A stretch of 64,000 nucleotides of DNA from an uncultured Bdellovibrionales bacterium (lineage in GTDB: Bacteria > Patescibacteriota > Minisyncoccia > Moranbacterales > DUUL01). A program made the position numbers and the translations under genes. The DNA lies in NCBI GenBank assembly GCA_964346295.1, contig CAYFUG010000002.1, positions 7,355 through 71,354 on the forward strand. Reading direction: 5' to 3'. Below, piece after piece: positions 57,926 through 64,000 of the stretch (positions within the stretch are counted from its first letter, which is position 1; each line of letters starts with the position of its first letter). The notes under the pieces are model-generated. The model worked only from the letters and a program-made list of their open reading frames with translations. It made no database searches and was not told the DNA's origin.

Positions 57926-58555
57926 TCAAGAATTATACTTACGATGCTCCGAAAAATGAGACCAGAGATCAGCGATAGTTTTAAGCGCTATTAATAATAC
58001 AGCCGGAAAAGCCACGAATCCTATAATAATCGCCAAATGCATGGGGATAACTCTTTTGTAAGGCTCCGTGAAAAGCTTAGTTAGCTCAGCTTGCTCATAT
58101 TCCTTTGCCTTGAGATAATTCAACCAATAAGAAATCCCGTGGCTCAAAAAGAGTAAGGTTGAAAAAATTACTACTCGCCTAACAATCAAAGAGGGGTCAC
58201 TTAAATTGCCATCCTTAATAAAAACCAGTACCAAAAGAAAAATAAAGTGAACTGTCATAAAACCCCCAAAGTGAGACAGAAAGAAAAGTATCGTTCCCCA
58301 TCGCCCCATTTTATTAGCATCTAAAGCCTTTTTATTGAATTTTAGTCCCTTAGGCGGCTTCCCAAATTTCTTAGCCTTAGCCATCTTAAGTACGGTGAAA
58401 AATCCAATAATTGCCGTTTCCACCCAAAAAGAAAGCAAAATGACCCCCGAACTCCAGCCCCAAAAAAGCACGCCCAAAACTGCCGCTGAATTAGAAGCAA
58501 TTAAAAAGAAGGCACTAATTAAGATTTGCTTTTTTTGAGTATTAAAGAATGGCAT
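57926..58555 (-). CDS. DUF6498-like membrane protein
   Basis: FW.ETAIIG, FF..HFGGF..VH, SHG, PYKRVIPMH. Confidence 0.75.
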   Translation of the reverse strand: MPFFNTQKKQILISAFFLIASNSAAVLGVLFWGWSSGVILLSFWVETAIIGFFTVLKMAKAKKFGKPPKGLKFNKKALDANKMGRWGTILFFLSHFGGFMTVHFIFLLVLVFIKDGNLSDPSLIVRRVVIFSTLLFLSHGISYWLNYLKAKEYEQAELTKLFTEPYKRVIPMHLAIIIGFVAFPAVLLIALKTIADLWSHFSEHRKYNS

Positions 58556-58598
58556 TACTCAATTTTCATAAAGATAAAGATAGGTTCTCATCAAGCTA

Positions 58599-58808
58599 CT
58601 AACTATCCAGGTCGCCAGTCTTCTCCTCCACTTCCAGCTTCATTTTCTCTAATTTATTTCGAGTTTTTTTAATTTTCTGGCTAGTCTCCTGGTAAAGCTC
58701 CAGGCTTTCATCAATAGAAAGTTCGCCTTGATCCAGCTCCTCCACGGCTCGCTGGATTTCTTGCAAATCTTGCTCTAAGTTGGTTTTTTTAGTTTTTTTC
58801 TGGGACAT
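58599..58808 (-). CDS. xseB: Exodeoxyribonuclease VII small subunit
   Basis: LEQDLQEIQRAVEELDQGELSIDESLELYQE. Confidence 0.85.
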   Translation of the reverse strand: MSQKKTKKTNLEQDLQEIQRAVEELDQGELSIDESLELYQETSQKIKKTRNKLEKMKLEVEEKTGDLDS

Positions 58809-58965
58809 AAATTTAAAAATAATTTATTTATAAGTGGCGCTGATCAGCTTATCTTCATAAGTGATCTTGAAGAAATCACCCAATCTGGGGATCAGTTTAG
58901 TGACGAAGATGATATCCAGAAGCTTAGAATGGCTCTTTTTAGACAGCCTAACTAATACCTCTAAT

Positions 58966-59496
58966 CTATTTGGAATTAGATGCTTTTTCGCACTTAGCTT
59001 TAGCTTTTTTCTTCTTCAGCCACCATAATCCTTGGAATAACAAAGCAAAAATCACTGCAAAAATCATGAAGTTACCGAGTGATAACGCCAAAGCCTCCCA
59101 AGAGCTATGGTAATCACCACAAGGAGCTCCACTTTGAACAATTGAAATAGGAAACCCGAATTTGGAAACCTTAAACCACTCACCTTTGCACATTTCCAGA
59201 GAAAAGCTATCTTCCCACACTATACAAAACATTTGCCCTATCACAACCAATAAGGCTAAATTAAGAGAAGAAAGATTAAAATAGACTTCTTTAACCCTCT
59301 TCATCTCTTTCTTGGTGACCTCCTTTTTTCTTTTCAATAACAGCACCAGCCCTACCAGCCCTACCAAAGTCAGGCTATAAATTACTGCGGCAATCAGTCC
59401 ACTCCAAGGAGTACTTAAAACATCCACTCCAAAAATCAAAAGTAAAAATCCTCCAATTAAATTTCCGTAAAAAAGTTTCTTGCTAATTTTCTCCAT
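58966..59496 (-). CDS. Hypothetical 4-TM protein
   Basis: 176 aa; FGFP loop motif. Confidence 0.7.
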   Translation of the reverse strand: MEKISKKLFYGNLIGGFLLLIFGVDVLSTPWSGLIAAVIYSLTLVGLVGLVLLLKRKKEVTKKEMKRVKEVYFNLSSLNLALLVVIGQMFCIVWEDSFSLEMCKGEWFKVSKFGFPISIVQSGAPCGDYHSSWEALALSLGNFMIFAVIFALLFQGLWWLKKKKAKAKCEKASNSK

Positions 59497-59540
59497 TTTC
59501 TATTTATTTTTAAAATTTTAAGTTAACTATCGCGACACTA

Positions 59541-60514
59541 TTAATCATAGAATTTTCTCAGATCTCCTTTTTTAAAAGTCCACTCCGGAGTAATTAAGCT
59601 ATCTTCAAAGTCAACGCTAAACCAAGGACTTAAGCTTTTGTTTTGAGGTTTTTGCAAAACATGAATATCCTGGGCTGGCATATAACTTTGCGCTAAGAGA
59701 AAAATCTTTCACCCGTTACAGAATCCGCCGCTACATCCACCACCAACACGGCATGCCCTGGACTTCCACCTTGAATTATCACTTGCCCTGCCGTCAAATC
59801 CTGCCAAGAAGCCAAGTCTAGTTCTTGTTCTAAAGAAAAAGTGCCGGCATAAGTAAAAACCAAATCCAGATAGCGTCGAAAACTCTCGCGAGAATAATCC
59901 TCCGGAGCTATTTTATTCCAATCTGCCCTCCCGGAAGAGAAATCGGGCCGATAGCCTTGCGCGTATTTTTCAAAAGAAGCCTCTCGGCCATTAGTAAAGT
60001 TAAAGTGAGTCTCTGAATAATCACCTTTCCTGGCCTATTTAATTTTCTCAAAAAGATACTCTGCTCGCAAGCAAATCACTGCATCGGCGCATTGCTGCAA
60101 ATCCCGTTTTCCTCGATCAATTTCCAACACAGCAAATTGGGCTGTTTGGTTTCTTTTAGGCTTTCCGTTATAGAAATAAACCTTTTTGGAATCTGTTTTC
60201 AACGGAAAATTTGCAAATAAGAATTGAGAGAGACTTCGACAAGAGACACCCGCTCAAAGCCCTTCGGAAGAGGAATCTCTCCCACTCGAGAAAATCTCCC
60301 GGCCTCCCAGATTATTTCCGAGCTGTTCGATTTTTCTAGCCATAAGTCACTTGAACTCGAGCTGGCAACTTCCTCCCGATTTGAATCTCCGTTCTCGTAA
60401 CCACTGTTCCCTTTACCACAACCGGACACCGCCAACAAAGTGCTCGTCACAAAAAAACAAAAACAGGCCTGCTACCAGCCATTTTATTTTTTTCTTATCT
60501 TTAATTTTGATCAT
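59541..60514 (-). pseudogene. DUF4846-family lipoprotein, disrupted
   Basis: Lipobox [41 protein letters not shown]; at least two stops and two frameshifts. Confidence 0.8.
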
Positions 60515-60683
60515 CTTCCTAAATTACCAAATTTTACAAACTTCATTAGGAAAATTTGAGATTTGTTTTAATGACCTGTCGTGAAACCCCCATAAGGCTT
60601 AGGTTTGAAAATTTAGTACGCAGTTAAACATCTAACTTCTACTGCCTACCTTATTCTGACGGTGGCAATTTTGAAATTTAAAA

Positions 60684-61154
60684 CTACTTGAGTTTACCGC
60701 AGAATTCCTCGATTTCTTTTTTCACCTCTTTAGCTTCAGCTTTCACTTGCTTATCCTTAATTCCTAATTTCGCCACGGGAGCTTGAAGTAACTCTTCCAA
60801 GTCCCTGAAGGTGTTGCTAACTTCTCCCCCAAAAGTACAGAAGAGGGCTATCTTGGTATTTTTGAGGGATTCTTGATGCTCCAAGGCATAAGTTCGAATG
60901 GCGGGAGTCGCCGTTCCCACCCACACCGGAGTGCCTAAAATCACTAGATCGTAGTCCGCTGGATCTTGAGTAAACTTAATTTTGGTAGCCTTTTTCTTGA
61001 GGGCATCGTGGCCTCCCACTAAAAACCCTTTGATGCCCTTACGACTCTTTTCGTCTTTAATTTCATCTAAGTCCGCCTCTAAAATCTTGGCGATTTGCTC
61101 CGCTACTTGTTTAGTATGCTCCGTTCTAGAGTAATAAGCAATGAGAATTTTCAT
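60684..61154 (-). CDS. Flavodoxin family protein
   Basis: MKILIAYYSRTEHT, LGTPVW, FCTFGG; start moved to 61154. Confidence 0.9.
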   Translation of the reverse strand: MKILIAYYSRTEHTKQVAEQIAKILEADLDEIKDEKSRKGIKGFLVGGHDALKKKATKIKFTQDPADYDLVILGTPVWVGTATPAIRTYALEHQESLKNTKIALFCTFGGEVSNTFRDLEELLQAPVAKLGIKDKQVKAEAKEVKKEIEEFCGKLK

Positions 61155-61214
61155 TTTAGTTTTAATGCAAAAATGAGAGCGATAAGATTTAAGGAGTTTC
61201 CTCCTTAAATCTTT

Positions 61215-61272
61215 GTACGGTGAAATCAAAATGCAAGCGACAACAACGAGATTTTCAAAAAAGAAAGTCCTA
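61215..61272 (+). repeat. Right half of a family A element; its end overlaps the pnp stop
   Basis: GTACGGTGAAATCAAAATGCAAGCGACAACAACGAGATTTTCAAAAAAGAAAGTCCTA. Confidence 0.8.
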
Positions 61273-63417
61273 CTTCAACCGTTTCACTTCATTCTCCATT
61301 CCCTTCATAGTCAAATTAATCCGGCCCATTTGATCAATCTCCGCTACTTTAACTTTAACCTTCTGACCTACCTTGAGATAGTTTTCCACTTTATCAATTC
61401 GCTCGTCAGCAATCTTGGAAATATGCACCAAGCCATCTTTTCCGCCCGGCCAGAGCTCCACAAAGGCTCCAAAGTCCATCAATTTGACCACTCGAGCATC
61501 CGGATAAATCTCGCCTGCTTCCACTTCACGAACAATATCCTGGATCATCTTTTGGGCTTTTTGACCACCCTCTCCGTTTTCGGCAGTGATGAAGATAGTC
61601 CCATCGTCTTCAATGTCAATATTAGCCCCAGTTTCATCAATAATCTCGTTGATAATTTTTCCGCCTGGCCCAATCACCTCCCGAATCTTTTCTTCGGCAA
61701 TTTTCATGGTAATAATACTCGGGGCGTAAGATGAAAGTTCTGCTCGAGGCTCTGGGATAGCTGCTAACATCACCTCCATAATCTCCATTCGAGCCTTATG
61801 AGCCTGCTCCAGCACCTCAATCACTACCTCGGGAGAAATTCCGTCAATTTTCACATCCATCTGCATAGCAGTGATTCCGTCTTTAGTTCCTGCCACCTTA
61901 AAGTCCATATCACCCCAATGGTCTTCCGGTCCTTGAATGTCGGAAAGAATCTTGTACTCGCCATTTTCTCCAGTGATAATTCCCATCGCGATCCCACTCA
62001 CCGGGCTTTTGATTGGAACTCCCGCGTCCATTAAGGAGAGAGTGGATCCGCAAGTAGAGGCCATCGAAGAAGATCCATTAGAACCCAACACTTCACTTAC
62101 CAACAGCATAGTATACGGAAAGTCTTCCTTAGAAGGCAGTACCGGAAGCAAGGCTTTTTCCGCTAAGGCTCCGTGACCAATTTCTCGTCTCCCAGGGCCA
62201 CGCATTGGTCGTACTTCTCCCACACTGAAGGGAGGGAAGTTATAGTGGTGGATATAGCGCTTCTTCTCATCAACCTCCATTGTATCAATAATTTGCTGAT
62301 CACCAGGAGCTCCTAAGGTAGTCACATTAAGAACTTGTGTTTCTCCTCGTTGAAAAAGAGCGCTTCCGTGAATCCGCGGCAATACTCCTACCTTAGAAAT
62401 AATCTTCCGAACCTCATCGGTTCGCCTTCCATCGGGACGAGCCTCTTCCTGAAGAACTTTTTCGTGCAAAATTTCATTGAGACGATTCTCGAATACCAAA
62501 TCGGCTTCTGACCAGCGTTGTTCTTGCAATTTTTTTTCTTCGGCAGTTTGAGCCGGGAACTGCTTCTTTAAAAGCCCCTTGAGGCCGTCTTTAATTTTGT
62601 CCATCTTACCCTTTTGATCGTCTTTAGCTTTAGTATAAAAGGCGTCAGTAAGATCTTCTTGCTCCAAGTAATCTCGCACTTGCTTCTCCCAAGCTTCTTC
62701 TGGCTCAGTAAGAGGCACTGTAGTTTTTTCCTTACCTAACTCGTCGATAATTGACTGCTCAAAACGAGCAACCTTTTGGACTTCTTCGTAAGCCTGCCCA
62801 ATTGCCTCCGCCATCTCTTGATTAGAAATTTCTTCTCCATCCGCCTCAATCATATTGATTTTGTCAGCAGTTCCGGCCACCAACAAATCCAAGTCGCTCT
62901 CTTCCAAATGATCCGCTGCCGGATTGATTACTCGTTCGTTTTCTACCCGACCAATTCGAGCGGCTGCCACTGGTCCCCGCCAAGGAATATTAGAAACTCC
63001 CAATGCCAAAGAAGCGGCAATTATCCCAACAATCGAAGGATCATTTTCTTTGTCGATGGAAAGCACCGTGATAATTACCTGCACTTCGTTGCGCATCCGC
63101 TCATCAAAAAGCGGCCGGATAGTCCGGTCAATGATACGCCCATTGAGAATAGCCTTATCAGAAGGGCGACCTTCTCGCTTAATAAAACGCGAACCTTTAA
63201 TTTTATTGGCCGCGTAATAACGCTCTTCGTAATCCACAAACAGCGGGAAGAAGTTCATGCCTTCTCGTCGTTCTTTGCTCATGGTAGCAGTAGCCAACAC
63301 TACTGTGTCACCACATTGCACCTTAACTGAGCCGTTGGCTTGTTGCGCCAATTCGCCCAATTCTGCTTTCAGTTGCTGGCCGCCAAAATCGACCGCAAAT
63401 TCTTTTTTGTTCATCAA
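61270..63417 (-). CDS. pnp: Polyribonucleotide nucleotidyltransferase
   Basis: RREIGHG, SNGSSSMAS, GDMDFKVAG, KH (VIGPGG) and S1 domains. Confidence 0.99.
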   Translation of the reverse strand: MMNKKEFAVDFGGQQLKAELGELAQQANGSVKVQCGDTVVLATATMSKERREGMNFFPLFVDYEERYYAANKIKGSRFIKREGRPSDKAILNGRIIDRTIRPLFDERMRNEVQVIITVLSIDKENDPSIVGIIAASLALGVSNIPWRGPVAAARIGRVENERVINPAADHLEESDLDLLVAGTADKINMIEADGEEISNQEMAEAIGQAYEEVQKVARFEQSIIDELGKEKTTVPLTEPEEAWEKQVRDYLEQEDLTDAFYTKAKDDQKGKMDKIKDGLKGLLKKQFPAQTAEEKKLQEQRWSEADLVFENRLNEILHEKVLQEEARPDGRRTDEVRKIISKVGVLPRIHGSALFQRGETQVLNVTTLGAPGDQQIIDTMEVDEKKRYIHHYNFPPFSVGEVRPMRGPGRREIGHGALAEKALLPVLPSKEDFPYTMLLVSEVLGSNGSSSMASTCGSTLSLMDAGVPIKSPVSGIAMGIITGENGEYKILSDIQGPEDHWGDMDFKVAGTKDGITAMQMDVKIDGISPEVVIEVLEQAHKARMEIMEVMLAAIPEPRAELSSYAPSIITMKIAEEKIREVIGPGGKIINEIIDETGANIDIEDDGTIFITAENGEGGQKAQKMIQDIVREVEAGEIYPDARVVKLMDFGAFVELWPGGKDGLVHISKIADERIDKVENYLKVGQKVKVKVAEIDQMGRINLTMKGMENEVKRLK

Positions 63418-63599
63418 ACTTGGTTTTCTCTATCTTGCAAAATTTTTGCCGGAGTAGAGTAAAAGAAGAAAAAAGACCTTTTCGAGAAACTTTTTCATTG
63501 GCCTCCTTTCGCCTTTTACCCGTAGCAAAAGATCCCTGCCAAACAGAGAAAATTAAAATATTAGCTTATGACTAATTTTAAGGGACTCTTGTCTAGTTG

Positions 63600-64000
63600 T
63601 CAATCCAGAAAATCACCTATCTTTTTCATTTTGTAACATATAATTCCTAAATCCAAATATTGCCCCGTTAGAAGCGGATAAAAATCCTCTCCACTCAAAC
63701 TAACCAGGTTAAAATCCTTTAAATTCGAAATTTCTCCACGGTAAGAGGTTTTTTTTAGTTTCCCATAGACCTGCCAAAAAATTTTCTTGGTAATTTTTCT
63801 CTGGCCGACTTCTTGCGTTAAATTAAACAAGAAAGTCTCAGTAATCTCGACTGCCTTTTTTATCATCCTACTTCGATTTACGCCTTTTGATCCAAATTCT
63901 AATTCAATAGAATTATTCAATACATCTCCCATCGGACCCTTTGGATCTGGCCAAAATAAAACATTCTTCAAAGGAACCAACTCCAAGGGGAAACTTCCCA
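63600..64000 (-). CDS. Hypothetical protein, C-terminal part (5' end outside the window)
   Basis: The frame of the 63600..63986 ORF stays open to the window end. Confidence 0.6.
   Translation of the reverse strand, partial: GSFPLELVPLKNVLFWPDPKGPMGDVLNNSIELEFGSKGVNRSRMIKKAVEITETFLFNLTQEVGQRKITKKIFWQVYGKLKKTSYRGEISNLKDFNLVSLSGEDFYPLLTGQYLDLGIICYKMKKIGDFLD

Noticed and set aside
59541-60514. Stop-codon reassignment (code 25) as explanation for broken genes
   Set aside because: Lesions include TAG, TAA and frameshifts; core genes are uninterrupted in code 11 and TGA ends normal genes (e.g. at 2808 and 56211).
60598-60686. Further family A copy after flavodoxin
   Set aside because: Only AT-rich end similarity; the diagnostic core is absent.
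61213-63330. Long plus-strand ORFs opposite pnp (likewise opposite tuf, fusA, ftsH, cysS)
   Set aside because: Typical antisense shadows of conserved genes with biased codon usage.

Overview
This is a housekeeping-rich window from a small-genome bacterium, most likely Patescibacteria/CPR (Parcubacteria-like), using standard code 11 with most genes on the minus strand. Core genes are rpsP, tsf, rpsB, cysS, dusB, nrdG, ftsH, tilS, cmk, rpsA, rdgB, tyrA-CM, pheA, clpP, tuf, fusA, gatB, xseB and pnp, interleaved with AT-rich orphans and several pseudogenes. No rRNA, CRISPR array, intact IS or prophage is visible. The non-obvious structure is as follows. (1) A family of ~120-165 bp palindromic elements resembling Rickettsia palindromic elements has 9 recognisable copies plus 2 collapsed ones; some carry nested smaller palindromes and one is translated in frame inside DusB. 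(2) A second ~30 bp palindrome family is translated inside TilS and DusB. (3) A tRNA-like gene with its own promoter has its anticodon loop replaced by a perfect 16-bp hairpin. (4) An antitoxin-less PemK/MazF gene is faced by a consensus-promoter, two-hairpin small RNA. (5) A 230-bp duplicated MITE brackets the rpsB promoter and leader. (6) There are also a 6S-like RNA candidate, a RAYT transposase relic and a poly-G frameshifted ORF. All calls come from reading the sequence by eye; no database searches or folding programs were run.
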